DNA from: Candidatus Eiseniibacteriota bacterium
Lineage (GTDB): Bacteria > Eisenbacteria > RBG-16-71-46
Assembly: GCA_963717505.1 (NCBI GenBank)
Contig: OY970342.1
Location: 3,360,001 to 3,424,000, forward strand
Direction of reading: 5' to 3'
Length of the DNA: 64,000 nt
Below the pieces are notes generated by a model. That model saw nothing but the letters and a program-made list of their open reading frames with translations. It had not been told where the DNA came from and did no database searches. The position numbers and the translations under genes were made by a program. The first letter of the stretch is position 1, and each line of letters opens with the position of its first letter. Positions 49,257 through 59,827 of this stretch are shown piece after piece.

Positions 49257-50354
49257 ATGGCTGACGCTCGATCCGAAGCTCCGAACCTGGCTCGCACCGT
49301 GCTTGTCGTGTTGTTCATTCTCGCACTTACCGCCGGCTGCCTCTGGATCCTGCGGCCCTTCCTGACTCCCGTCATCTGCGCGGCTACGGTGGCGATTGCC
49401 ACCTGGCCGATGTTGACGGGGCTGCAGAGACAGTGGGGCGGAAGGCGGGGACCCGCGATCGCCGCGATGATGGGCGCCCTGGTAATCGCGTTCCTCGTAC
49501 CGGTCTATTTCGGCACGGTCGCGGCCGTGCAGAGCCTGGGCTCGATCTCGCTATGGATGCACGACCTGCCCAACCGCACGCTGCCCGAGTTGCCACGTTG
49601 GCTCGCGCAGCTTCCTCTCGTGGGCCTGCGGCTTCAGAGCGCGTGGGAGGAGCTGACCGCGGGGGGTGGCGCGGAGATCAAGGCGAGACTGTCGGAGAAC
49701 GCCAACGAGATCCTGCGCTGGCTGCTGATCCGCGTCGGCAATCTTGCCGGGATGCTGGTCCAGGTGCTCGTAATGCTCGGCATCACGGGGCTCCTCTACC
49801 TTCGGGGCGACCAGGTCGCCAACGGCGTGCTGCGTTTCGCCCGACGCCTCGGCGGAGACGGCGGCGAGCAGGCCGCCCGGCTCGCCGCGCTCGCGACTCG
49901 CGGTGTCGCACTCGGCGTGGTGCTCACTCCGGTCATCCAGTCGATTCTTGCCGGTATCGGCCTGGCGACCGCCGGCGTCCCCAACTTCGGACTGATCGCC
50001 TTCGCTGTGCTGGTTTCCTGCCTCGCGCAAGCCGGACCGCTGCCGGTGCTCGCACTCCCGGTGATCTGGCTGTACGCGCGCGGAGCGGTGCTCCCGGCGA
50101 GCGGACTCCTCGCCTGGTCGCTCGTCGTGCACATCTCGGGCCCGATCATCCGACCGATGCTGATCAAGCGCGGCGTCGACCTCCCGTTCGCGCTCATCAT
50201 CTCGGGCGTCATCGGCGGCGTCGCGGCGATGGGCGTCGTCGGGCTCTTCATCGGACCCGTCTTGCTCGCGGTGGCCATCACGCTACTCCAGCGCTGGATC
50301 GGCGAAGACGATGGAAGTGGAACGGCCGCAACCGTCCCCGCCGCCAGGAAATGA
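49257..50354 (+). CDS. ydiK: AI-2E family transporter (YdiK-like)
   Basis: WILRPFL...IATWP; RGVALGVV; GVIGG...G..GLFIGPV.LAV. Confidence 0.88.
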   Translation: MADARSEAPNLARTVLVVLFILALTAGCLWILRPFLTPVICAATVAIATWPMLTGLQRQWGGRRGPAIAAMMGALVIAFLVPVYFGTVAAVQSLGSISLWMHDLPNRTLPELPRWLAQLPLVGLRLQSAWEELTAGGGAEIKARLSENANEILRWLLIRVGNLAGMLVQVLVMLGITGLLYLRGDQVANGVLRFARRLGGDGGEQAARLAALATRGVALGVVLTPVIQSILAGIGLATAGVPNFGLIAFAVLVSCLAQAGPLPVLALPVIWLYARGAVLPASGLLAWSLVVHISGPIIRPMLIKRGVDLPFALIISGVIGGVAAMGVVGLFIGPVLLAVAITLLQRWIGEDDGSGTAATVPAARK

Positions 50355-50403
50355 AACGCGCTGCGGCGGGTGACGTCTGCACGCGGCGCTTGGCCTGGAC
50401 TCG

Positions 50404-51165
50404 CTACTTGCCGATGTGGTCGAGCGCGTACCGGAACGGTTCCATTGAGATCCTGATCAGACCGTCAAATGGACCATCCAATTCCAGGATCAGGAAGATC
50501 GCGGCGGCGACCGACAGTGAGGCGATGAAAAACGCGAAGAGGACGGTGCCGTTCCGCGGTGCGAACAGACCAAAGCTCGCGAACGTTGCCGTCAGCCAAA
50601 AGATCACCACCGCGAGAAATGCGCGCGGTACGGTGCTCACGCTACTGCCCAACACTCTCCAGCGCGACCTCACGATCTCATCGGTGAGGCTCAGGGCCTC
50701 GGACTTGATCCAGCGCTGGGTATCGGTTCCGGGAGTCAGGGCAAGGATCTGATTCTGGGCTTCCTCGGCCGGCGACACGATCTCGTCCCTGTTGAGCGAC
50801 AAAGGCGCGGCGCCTTTCGCGGGTCGCATCGACTCGATACGCGCGACAACAGCGCGACGGATCAGGTCACGTGTCGGCGCGGTCTCAGGACCATAGCGAG
50901 CCAGATCGCGATCGAGCATCACGGTGTTCACGGCACTATTTCGAACGGCCACGTCGGTCGAATCGAATGTGCCTTTGGCGGATGCCGTCACGAGACCGAG
51001 CAGGAGCGCCGTCATGGTGGCCACCAACCCCATCCCGAGCCGCACCACATCCTGCGACTCCTTGGCGATGTGCGATTGCGGGAGCATCGAACGGATGACC
51101 GTCCCCAACCATGCACTGCCAAACGTGCACACGAAGGTGATCGACGCGATCATGATGGCGTTCAT
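50404..51165 (-). CDS. DUF4239 / bestrophin-like membrane protein
   Basis: ATMTALLLGL..ASAK..FD; LDR.L..YGPE; IFLILELD.PF.GLI; ATG 51165 with SD GAGGA. Confidence 0.8.
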   Translation of the reverse strand: MNAIMIASITFVCTFGSAWLGTVIRSMLPQSHIAKESQDVVRLGMGLVATMTALLLGLVTASAKGTFDSTDVAVRNSAVNTVMLDRDLARYGPETAPTRDLIRRAVVARIESMRPAKGAAPLSLNRDEIVSPAEEAQNQILALTPGTDTQRWIKSEALSLTDEIVRSRWRVLGSSVSTVPRAFLAVVIFWLTATFASFGLFAPRNGTVLFAFFIASLSVAAAIFLILELDGPFDGLIRISMEPFRYALDHIGK

Positions 51166-51296
51166 GTGATCCTCGGTGGTCCAAATCCATTGCGAGTTCC
51201 GTGATCGGGAGCGGACACGTGGAGGATGGCGTATGGTCATCCGCATGTCCATGCAATCATCCGCTACCGACCGCTACTGGCTTGTCCGGGGGAGAC

Positions 51297-52604
51297 GTGA
51301 ACGCCCAGCCAAAGACTGACTCGAGACTTCACCACATCTCACGGAGCCTATTGGCGCTTGGCTTCGCAGGACTGGCGCTGGTCGTCGTTCCGAGGCCCGC
51401 GCGCGGTCAGAGCGAGGCAACTCCAGCCACCATCGACAGCACGGTCGAGGCGGGCGAGGCGGACGCCGAGGTGCCGCGGCGACGGCTGGTCAAGTGGAAC
51501 GAGTACGACGGGCCGGTCACGACAGTCCGACTCGGATACGGCTTCCTGGGCGACTTCGCCACCTTTTCGCAAGATGACGACAGCAAGCAGCAGATCGCCA
51601 TGGATCCCGGCGTTGAGGTGCGCGACTTTCGCCTCATCCTGGGCGGGCGCTTCAAGACGCGACGCAACATCTCATGGACCTTGGGATACATGTTCGACGG
51701 CGCGACCGAGTCTTGGCTCTTCCGCAAGACCGGCGTCCAGTTCGAGGTACCCGAGCTGTCCGGCCGTCTCTTCATCGGTCGAGACAAGGAGGGGTACTCC
51801 ATGGTCAAGGTCATGGTTGGCTACCATCCATGGGCGGTTGAACGAACCCCGATCGTCGACTTCGTGCCGATCCTTGCAGACGGCGTGAAGTGGCTGGGTT
51901 ACTTCCCGGAACAGCGCGTCCAAGTGACCCTCGGTTGGTTTACCGACGCACTGTGGGAAAACGAGAAGTATGCCACCTACGACTACCAGGTTGCGTCTCG
52001 CGTCGTATGGACGCCGGTCCTTTCGGAGACCGAGCGCAGCGTGCTCCACCTGGGATTGAGCGGCCGGTCCGGCAAGGCCGAAGGAGATGTCCTGCGGCTG
52101 CGCTCCAGGCCCGAATCGGATCTGGCGCCGTATTTTCTCGACACCGGCAAGATCCCGGCGAGTGGTGCAAGCGCGACGGGAATCGAGGCGTACTATCGGG
52201 CTGGCCCGTGGTTCTACGGCACGGAATACCACTGGCAGGTCTTCGACGCCTCGGACGGCACGACTCCAACGTTCCACGGTGGCAACGTTGTCGCTGCGTG
52301 GCTGATCACCGGGGAGACACGGGGCTACAACGCGCCGGGCGCATTCTTCAACGCCGTTTCGCCGGCGAAAACCGTCTTCGAGGGTGGGCCTGGAGCCTGG
52401 GAGGCCGTTCTGAACGTGTCCTATATCGACCTCGACTCCGGGAGCATTCGCGGTGGAAAGTTCTGGAGAGTGACACCGATGGTGAACTGGTTCCTCTCGG
52501 ACAATGTGCGTCTCGCAGCGGTCTATGGCTATGGCGTCCTGGATCGATTCGATCTCCAGGGTGCAACGCAGTTCTTCCAATTCCGTATCCAAACCTCGTT
52601 GTAG
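51297..52604 (+). CDS. OprO/OprP-family phosphate-selective porin
   Basis: Signal peptide; LRSRPE, WLITGETR.Y and VNW.L beta-barrel motifs. Confidence 0.85.
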   Translation: MNAQPKTDSRLHHISRSLLALGFAGLALVVVPRPARGQSEATPATIDSTVEAGEADAEVPRRRLVKWNEYDGPVTTVRLGYGFLGDFATFSQDDDSKQQIAMDPGVEVRDFRLILGGRFKTRRNISWTLGYMFDGATESWLFRKTGVQFEVPELSGRLFIGRDKEGYSMVKVMVGYHPWAVERTPIVDFVPILADGVKWLGYFPEQRVQVTLGWFTDALWENEKYATYDYQVASRVVWTPVLSETERSVLHLGLSGRSGKAEGDVLRLRSRPESDLAPYFLDTGKIPASGASATGIEAYYRAGPWFYGTEYHWQVFDASDGTTPTFHGGNVVAAWLITGETRGYNAPGAFFNAVSPAKTVFEGGPGAWEAVLNVSYIDLDSGSIRGGKFWRVTPMVNWFLSDNVRLAAVYGYGVLDRFDLQGATQFFQFRIQTSL

Positions 52605-52716
52605 GGGAGAAACTGCGGCCACCGCGCGCTCAACCCGACCTGTCCCCAAGCCGATAGTTGGGATTGGCAACTTGGGTCGTTCCCCCTCATGGCGGGTGTC
52701 CGCTGCTTGATCCGCA

Positions 52717-53427
52717 ATGACCACACACGAGCCTGAATCGGCCTCTGAGCTGAGTGGACGGCGCTTCTTTGCTGCCTCGATGCTCGCGAACATGGTACTC
52801 GTCATAGTCTTCAACGCGTTCGCCAACGCGTATCTCGGGCGGAGTCCCGAGACGGCTATCCTCACGCTCTTTCTCTGGCCACACGCGTTCGCTCTAGGGC
52901 TGGCGTACGCCGTGGCCAGCAGAGGTCTCATGTCCGTGCGGGTGCTGGTGGTCCTCGTTGGCCTGACCGCTCCCTACCTCGCAGTGTCCATCGCGCCCCT
53001 CATGGCCCCCGTTGTCTCGCGAAACAATTCACAACCGAAGGAGTCGCGAGACCAAGTGACACAACGACACATGGAGTTCTTGCAGAACTACATGGGCGAG
53101 CCGCGGTCGGTGATCTTCGTGAGCCTTCCATACATCGTGGTGGAGGGAGGCTATAGCCTGGCACTCGTTAGCCTCAGAATTCCACGCGAGAACCTTGATT
53201 CCGCCACAATCGACCTCAAAGCTCGCCTCCTGGGGCGCAAGATCACGGCCACGTTGCCTCCCGATTACCTAGTGAGCTACAAGCCGGACATGCGAAACGT
53301 TGTCACCTCAACGTACGCACGAGGTAAGGCTCGGAGTTTCGGCGATGTCCCGGCCGTGATCGCCCTCGATGGCGTGGACGTGATCAAAGAGATCGACCAT
53401 CGCTGGGGCCGCGCGAAGGTGCGTTGA
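52717..53427 (+). CDS. Hypothetical membrane-anchored protein
   Basis: Three N-terminal TM segments, then a soluble domain; visibly more AT-rich than its neighbours. Confidence 0.65.
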   Translation: MTTHEPESASELSGRRFFAASMLANMVLVIVFNAFANAYLGRSPETAILTLFLWPHAFALGLAYAVASRGLMSVRVLVVLVGLTAPYLAVSIAPLMAPVVSRNNSQPKESRDQVTQRHMEFLQNYMGEPRSVIFVSLPYIVVEGGYSLALVSLRIPRENLDSATIDLKARLLGRKITATLPPDYLVSYKPDMRNVVTSTYARGKARSFGDVPAVIALDGVDVIKEIDHRWGRAKVR

Positions 53428-53443
53428 AAGCACGCGAGATCGC

Positions 53444-53478
53444 GAAGCCCTCGCCCAAACTGACGGCGCGAGGGCTTC
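53444..53478. terminator. Hairpin between convergent genes
   Basis: GAAGCCCTCGC...GCGAGGGCTTC. Confidence 0.55.
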
Positions 53479-53484
53479 TCACGC

Positions 53485-56400
53485 CTACTCCAGGACCGTC
53501 GCCCGCATGATCGCGAATCGTTCGCCCTGCGTCAGTCGCACGAAGTAGATCCCCGCCGCGAGCCGCCGATCTGCCAATTGGATCGTGTGCCGGCCGGCGC
53601 CAAGTGAACCCACCTCGCACACGGCCGCGCGGCGACCGCTCACGTCCATGGCCTCCAGCGTCGCGCGAGCGCCGCTCGGCAACGAGAAGGTCACGGCGAG
53701 TCGTCCGTCGCGCGAGGGGTTCGGCACCCGGTCCAGCGCGAACGCAATGGTCCCACTGCCCACGTCGAGCGTCCCGCCCGGCGTCACCAGGGCACACGCA
53801 CTCTCGTTGCCGTTCACGTCGACCGCGGAGAGCTTGTAGTACGACCCCGCAGGACCCACATCCGCGTAGTCCGTGGCCGATACGTTCGCGATCAGGTTGT
53901 CCGCGCTGGGAGTAAACGCGGCCGAGCTGCCGCGGTAGAGCTTGTAGTGCCAGAGGTCAGGTTCGGTGTTGTCTCCCCAGTGGAGTTGCGTGGCGCCGGC
54001 CGCGTATTCCGCCGTGAAGGGCGCGGGCGGAACGGGCGGGAGATTGTCCACCGAGTACCCGGAGTCGGGCGCCGAGTCGTAGTAAGTCGTGGGCGTGGCG
54101 GTCAACGCTCGCGCCAGGAAGACCGCATGGTGAAACCCGGCCCCGTTCGAGTCCGCGAGCGTGGGCACGACCACCTGATAGAAGTCGTCGCCGGTCGCCG
54201 TGATCATCGCCAGTTCGTCCCAGCCGAGGAGCTGAGTGCTGGCGGGATCGGCGCCGCGCCGATCCGTCACGGATCCGGCGGTGGCCAGGAGACCCGCAAC
54301 GACCTGCCGGCGAAGAATCTTGTAACCCGTGATCGGCGTTCCCGAACCGAGATGGTCGAACGGGCTGCGGGCGAACAGGAGTCGCACCCGTCCGCCCTGG
54401 TCGCTGGCCACGTCCGTCACACTCGTGACCGTCGGCGCCGCGGTACTGGCGACGAACATCTTCACGGGTGGTGCGATGCTGCCGAGGAGCTTGCCGTCAC
54501 CGCGGTAGACGGCTGAAAGGGAGCGGTCCCCGAGGTAGCGGCGCGAAGAGAGCCAGTCCGGCCACGCCGCCGTTGACGGGCGAGGTGCCGAGCAGCGTCG
54601 TGCCGTCGAAGAAACGCACCGAGTCGGTGGGAGCGCCGGAGCCAGGAGCGGGCACCGACACCGTCGCGGTCAGCGTGAGCGGCGCGCCGAGCGTCGCGGC
54701 GATGGAGACTCACGGCGAGCGTGGTGCGAGTCGTCACGAGCGCGAGCAGCACCGACACCGTGTTGGAGTCGTAGTTCGGACACCACCAGGTCGGGCCTGC
54801 CGTCGCCGTTCACGTCCCCGATCGCGACCGAGACCGGACCGGCCCCGGTGACGAAGTCGGTCTTGGCTCCGAACCCGCCCGCGCCGTTGCCCAGCAGCAC
54901 CGACACGGTGTTGGAGCCGCCGTTCGCCACCGCCAGGTCGGGCCTGCCGTCGCCGTTCACGTCCCCGATCGCGACCGAAGGAGGGGTTGGACCCGGTCAC
55001 GAAGTCGGTCTTCGCGCCGAAGCCGCCGGCGCCGTTGCCGAGACAGCACCGACACCGTGCTGGCACCGCTGTTCGCCACCGCCAGGTCGGGCTTGCCGTC
55101 GCCGTTCACGTCCCCGATCGCGACCGAGCAGGGAATCGACCCGGTCACGAAGTCGGTCTTGGCTCCGAACCCGCCGGCACCGTTGCCCAGCAGCACCGAC
55201 ACCGTGGCAGCAGCGTTGTTCGCCACCGCCAGATCGGGCTTGCCGTCGCCGTTCACGTCCCCGATCGCGACCGGAAGGGGAATGATCCCGGTCGCGAAGT
55301 CGGTCTTCGCCCCGAACCCACCGGCACCGTTGCCGAGCAGCACCGACACCGTGTTGGAGGAGTAGTTCGCCACCGCCAGGTCGGGCATGCCGTCGCCGTT
55401 CACGTCCGCGATCGCGATCGCAGTGGGGACTGGTCCCGGTCGTGAAGTCGGTCTTGGCCCCGAAGCCGCCGGCGCCGTTGCCCAGCAGCACCGACACCGT
55501 GTTGGAACCACTGTTCGCCACCGCCAGGTCGAGCTTGCCATCGCCGCTCACGTCCCCGATCGCGACTCCGAGGGGACCGGTCCCGGTCGTGAAGTCGGTC
55601 CTGGCGCCGAACCCGCCCGCGCCGTTCCCGAGCAGCAGCGATACGGTGTTGGAGCTAAGGTTTGTCAGTGCCAGGTCGAGCTTGCCGTCGCCGTTCACGT
55701 CCCCGATCACGGCCGGGTAGGGCCGGGTGCCGGTAGCGAAGTCGGCCTTGACCCGGTAGCCCCCCGCGCCGTTCCCCAGCAGTACCGACACCGTGCCCGC
55801 GCCGCTGTTCGCCACCGCCAGGTCGGGCTTGCCGTCGCCGTTCACGTCGCCGATCGCGAGCGACAGCGGATTGGCACCGGTGGCGAAGTCGGTCTTTGCC
55901 CCGAATCCGCCCGCACCGTCGCCCAGCAACACGGACACCGTGCTCGAGCCATAGTTCGCAGCCAGCAGGTCGGCCTTGCCGTCGCCGTTCACGTCCGCGA
56001 TCGTGGCTGATTGGGCCTGAGCTCCGGTGGCGAAGTCGGTCTTGGGCCAGAAGCCGCCAACGCCGTCTCCGAGCAACACCGACACCGTGGCGGCAGCCCC
56101 GTTCGCTGCCACCAGATCCGGCTTGCCATCGCCGCTCACGTCGCCGATTGCGACCGACGCGGCCCCGGACCCGGTCGTGAAGTCGGTCTTGGCGCCGAAT
56201 CCGCCCGTGCCGTTGCCCAGCAGTACGGACACAGTGCTGGAGTTGAAGTTCGCCACCGCCAGGTCCGGCCGGCCATCGCCGCTCACGTCCCCGATCGCAA
56301 TCGCGATCGGAGCGGCCCCGGTTGCGAAATCTGTCTTGGCCCCGAACCCGCCCGCGCCGTTTCCCAGCAACACCGAAACCGTGTTGGCGCCGTTGTTCGC

Positions 56401-56919
56401 CACCGCCAGGTCGGGTCTGCCATCGCCGTTCAGGTCGCCGATCGCGACCGCATCCGGAGAGGTTCCGGCCACAAGGTCGGTCCTGGCCCCGAACCCACCC
56501 GCGCCGTTACCCAGAAACACCGACACCGTGTTGCTGCCGCTGTTCGACACCGCCAGGTCAGGCCTTCCGTCAATATTCACATCCGCGACCGCGACCGAGT
56601 AGGGCGCGGGCCCGGTCGCGACATCGGTCTTTGCCCCGAAACCGCCCCTACCGTCGCCCAGTAACACGGATACCGTGTTCGAACTGTAGTTCGCCACCAC
56701 CAGGTCGAGCTTTGAATCGCCGCTCACGTCCGCGATCACAACCGACTTGGAATAGGCGCCGGCCGCAAAGTCGAATCGAACGCCGACGTTGAACGCTTGT
56801 GCGGAGGCCGGTGGTGAGCTCATGGATGCCAACAGCGCCAGCGTGACCGCGGATGCAGCGAGAGGCCCGAAGGGGATTGTTGGACGGCGCGGGCAGTGAT
56901 CGGCGTGGATGCGACGCAT
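53485..56919 (-). CDS. Secreted 14x FG-GAP repeat protein + Big_3-like Ig + Fn3-like domain + FlgD/T9SS-like tail, multiple frameshifts
   Basis: ATG 56919 (SD GGGAGG); fragments in ORFs 54997-56973, 54957-55541, 54734-55066, 54670-54960 and 53485-54465 join into one protein; about seven indels between 54470 and 55430. Confidence 0.82.
54745..56770 (-). repeat. Intragenic tandem array of fourteen ~147-bp FG-GAP repeats
   Basis: 49-aa unit xTGxxPxxVAIGDVNGDGKPDLAVANxxxxTVSVLLGNGAGGFGAKTDF. Confidence 0.9.
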
Positions 56920-57025
56920 GGGGCCTCCCGGGATTGTCTGGCTCTGCAGGTGGATCGTCAGAAGGTCGTACACACTTCTACGTCCGAGCCGACCCGACCG
57001 AACGTTCCGTCGGGCTCCGCGGGCC

Positions 57026-59827
57026 TTACTTCCCGATCTCGGACCGCCAGTTCAGAGCCACGCCGATCGTCGAGGGGGGCGCCCCAGTCGGGATGGATTC
57101 GAGGAAGCGATCCAGGGCGGGGGTCGCGGCGAGCCACAGCGCGTCGCTACGCAGCTTGAAGAGCCGCCGCGGAGTCCCGGCCTTGAAGGTCGGCGACGTC
57201 GTCACCGGCACCGACCAGATCGTGCCATCGAGTCCGACCAGGACGAGTTCCCTGCCGTCCTTCGACCACAACCCACGGGTTGCTCCCCCCGCCGACACCA
57301 GGTGTTTGTCGCCCGGTTTCGGGAATGGCTGAATGTAGATCTGGGGCTTTCCCGATTCATCGGAGGCGTAGGCCATCCATCGTCCATCGGGCGAGATGCT
57401 GCCGGCCACCTCTCCGAAATTGGATCGAAGGTAGGGAATCGGATTCCGTTCGCCCTCCATCGGCAGCAGCCACAGGTCCCAGCTGGTGACCGGATCGGCC
57501 TGCTCGAACACCAGGAATCGTCCGTCCGGGGACCACGCATTGACTTCCTTGAACTGGCCGCTCGATTGATAGACGAGCTTCTCTTCCGCGGACTGGCTCA
57601 CGAGCTTTTCATAGATATTGGTGGGGCCGTCGCGATCCGAGCTGAAGGCGACGCGGTTCCCATCCGGTGACCATGCGGGATACCCACCGATGCGTGACTG
57701 CGAACGGGCGGTGAGCCGGGTGGGCAGATCACTTGCCAGATCCAGCACCCACAGGTCCACCGCAACCGGTGAAATTCTTCGCACCGCCAGCAGCCGCCGC
57801 CCATCGGGCGAAAAGAACATCTTTTCGTATCGACCCTCGGGGATCGTGAGCTCTCCACCGTAGCGGCCGGAGCGATCCCGCCACATGAGCCGCGTGCTCG
57901 CGAGCGCAGCGGCGGGCTGGATTAGCACGCCGGTCATCGAGGCGGATGCCAGCCGCTGGCCGACGCTCTCGTCGGACGACGTCACGGGCCCGAGCGAGAC
58001 CGGAACACCGACCGGCTCCAGGCGGTGCGGGTCGAAACGCTGGGCCATCAGGCGGCCATGGCTCGCCGTGACCAGAACATCGTGCGCCGCACCGACCGGT
58101 GCGGCAGCGGAGCGCAGGACACGCTTGCGATCTGGCGAGTCGATGGCGGAACAGTAGACGTCGAACAGACCGTCCCGAGCCGGCAGGCTGACGAACAGAA
58201 AGTGTGTTCCGTCGGGCAGGAACTCCGGCCAGCGAAGCGCGGTCTCCTGCCGCGTGGAGTCCGGTTTCAGAATCTCGGCAACCGGACCTCCCTCGGCCGA
58301 GACGCGACAGAGAGGTCCGGTGGCGGCGGGCGCGAACACGATCACGCCGCCCTTTCCCCAGCTTCCTCCCCGCGGATCGAGCGCGGCGCACAGCACCTCG
58401 GAGGCACCGCCGGCGACCGAGACCTTCTTGAGTTTGCCGCCGGCAAAGAACCCCAGGTTGCGGCTGTCGGGCGCCCAGAACGGTCCGGTGGCGCCTTCCG
58501 TTCCATCGATCGGGCGGGCCACGAGTGTGCTGAGCGGCCTCAGCCACAGTCGATCGGTGCCGCTGGAATCGGTCGCCACCATTGCGAGCAGACGACCGTC
58601 GGGGGAAATTGCGGAGTTCAACGCGTTGGGCACGATCGTCGTGTTGGTCGGCGCCGACACCGAGAACTTCATGACCGGAGGGTGGACGCTGCGCGCGAGA
58701 AAGCGGGGAACGAGCAGCGCCGCGATGCCGACCACAAAGGTCACGACCGCTGCGACCGCGATCGCTTTCCAGGGATTCCGCGGCTTCCTGGGCTCCATCT
58801 CCTCCAGCACCGACTCGAGGGCCGAAGCCATCGGGGCGGCACCAGCGAAACGCGCCTCGGAGTTCGGCGCCATCGCGCGATCGATCGCTGCGATCAGCGC
58901 CGGCGGCGCGTCCGGGCGCTCGGTGGCCAGCGAGTTGGCAGGTCCGCGCTTCGCTTCGACCCGGAGCTCTTCGAAGGTTCGCGAGGCGAACGGAGGCCGT
59001 CCGGTCAGTGCCCAGCGCAGAGTCACACCCAGGGCGTAGATGTCCGTACGCGGCGTCGCCGGCTCACCGGCAAGCCCTCCCGGCGACATGAAGATCGGGG
59101 TACCCGATGCGCGCCACGCGGGGTCCGCGAACTCCCACCGACGCCCCAGCCCGAAGTCGGTCAGCACGACCCGGCCGGTCGCCTCGAGCATGATGTTCGC
59201 CGGCTTGATGTCGCGATGCACCACGCCGGCCGACTCCACCGCCTCGAGCGCGCGACACAGCTCGAGTCCGAGCCGTGCCACCTCGCGCGGAGGCAGCGCG
59301 CCGCGTCGTTCGATCTCCGCCGCGAGCGTGGAGCCTTCCAGGAACTCCATCCACATTCCGACCCGGCCATCGTGCTCGGCGATGCCGTGCACCGCCACCA
59401 CGCCGGGGTGGCGCACGCGCGCCAGCGCCCGCGCCTCTTCGAGCAGTGCCGAGTCGCTGACGCCCCCGGGGGCGGAACTGCGCGCCACCTGCAGGAACTT
59501 CAGCGCCACCTCGCGCTGGAGCCACCCATCCCAGGCCCGCCACACCTCGCCGCTGGCACCCGCGCGGGCGAGCTCGAGGAGCGTCAGATCCCCCCACGTC
59601 GCGGTGCCCGCCGGGCCACGCGACGCGGCGCGATCCTCCCGGCCGGATACCGCCTGGGCCGGCGATCGATGCAGGACCCGGTGAACCTCGGCGATGCGTT
59701 CGACGTCCCGCAGGGCTTCAACGCGTGCGCGGTCGGCCTCGTCGCCCGACTCGGCGAGAGTCCAGTCCACCGGGTCTCCGTCCGAAATCGAGCCCGTCAC
59801 TTTGTCGATGGGATCGTCAGCGCTCAT
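57026..59827 (-). CDS. Ser/Thr kinase + TM + TolB-like (PD40/WD40) beta-propeller
   Basis: VALK, HRDIKPAN and DFG; many SPDG/WSPDG repeats; ATG 59827 overlaps the end of the sigma gene. Confidence 0.92.
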   Translation of the reverse strand: MSADDPIDKVTGSISDGDPVDWTLAESGDEADRARVEALRDVERIAEVHRVLHRSPAQAVSGREDRAASRGPAGTATWGDLTLLELARAGASGEVWRAWDGWLQREVALKFLQVARSSAPGGVSDSALLEEARALARVRHPGVVAVHGIAEHDGRVGMWMEFLEGSTLAAEIERRGALPPREVARLGLELCRALEAVESAGVVHRDIKPANIMLEATGRVVLTDFGLGRRWEFADPAWRASGTPIFMSPGGLAGEPATPRTDIYALGVTLRWALTGRPPFASRTFEELRVEAKRGPANSLATERPDAPPALIAAIDRAMAPNSEARFAGAAPMASALESVLEEMEPRKPRNPWKAIAVAAVVTFVVGIAALLVPRFLARSVHPPVMKFSVSAPTNTTIVPNALNSAISPDGRLLAMVATDSSGTDRLWLRPLSTLVARPIDGTEGATGPFWAPDSRNLGFFAGGKLKKVSVAGGASEVLCAALDPRGGSWGKGGVIVFAPAATGPLCRVSAEGGPVAEILKPDSTRQETALRWPEFLPDGTHFLFVSLPARDGLFDVYCSAIDSPDRKRVLRSAAAPVGAAHDVLVTASHGRLMAQRFDPHRLEPVGVPVSLGPVTSSDESVGQRLASASMTGVLIQPAAALASTRLMWRDRSGRYGGELTIPEGRYEKMFFSPDGRRLLAVRRISPVAVDLWVLDLASDLPTRLTARSQSRIGGYPAWSPDGNRVAFSSDRDGPTNIYEKLVSQSAEEKLVYQSSGQFKEVNAWSPDGRFLVFEQADPVTSWDLWLLPMEGERNPIPYLRSNFGEVAGSISPDGRWMAYASDESGKPQIYIQPFPKPGDKHLVSAGGATRGLWSKDGRELVLVGLDGTIWSVPVTTSPTFKAGTPRRLFKLRSDALWLAATPALDRFLESIPTGAPPSTIGVALNWRSEIGK

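Noticed and set aside
18280-55440. About 15 single-base frameshifts (ndvB, 27488, 45675, 47272, 47898, 48268, 54470-55430) as programmed frameshifting, phase variation or mass pseudogenisation
   Set aside because: They are clustered, often at short homopolymers, in otherwise intact genes, and I saw no slippery heptamers. Long-read consensus error is the simpler explanation; reads are needed to settle it.
54745-56770. Regular repeats as a CRISPR array
   Set aside because: The 147-bp period encodes FG-GAP protein repeats; there is no repeat-spacer structure and no cas genes.
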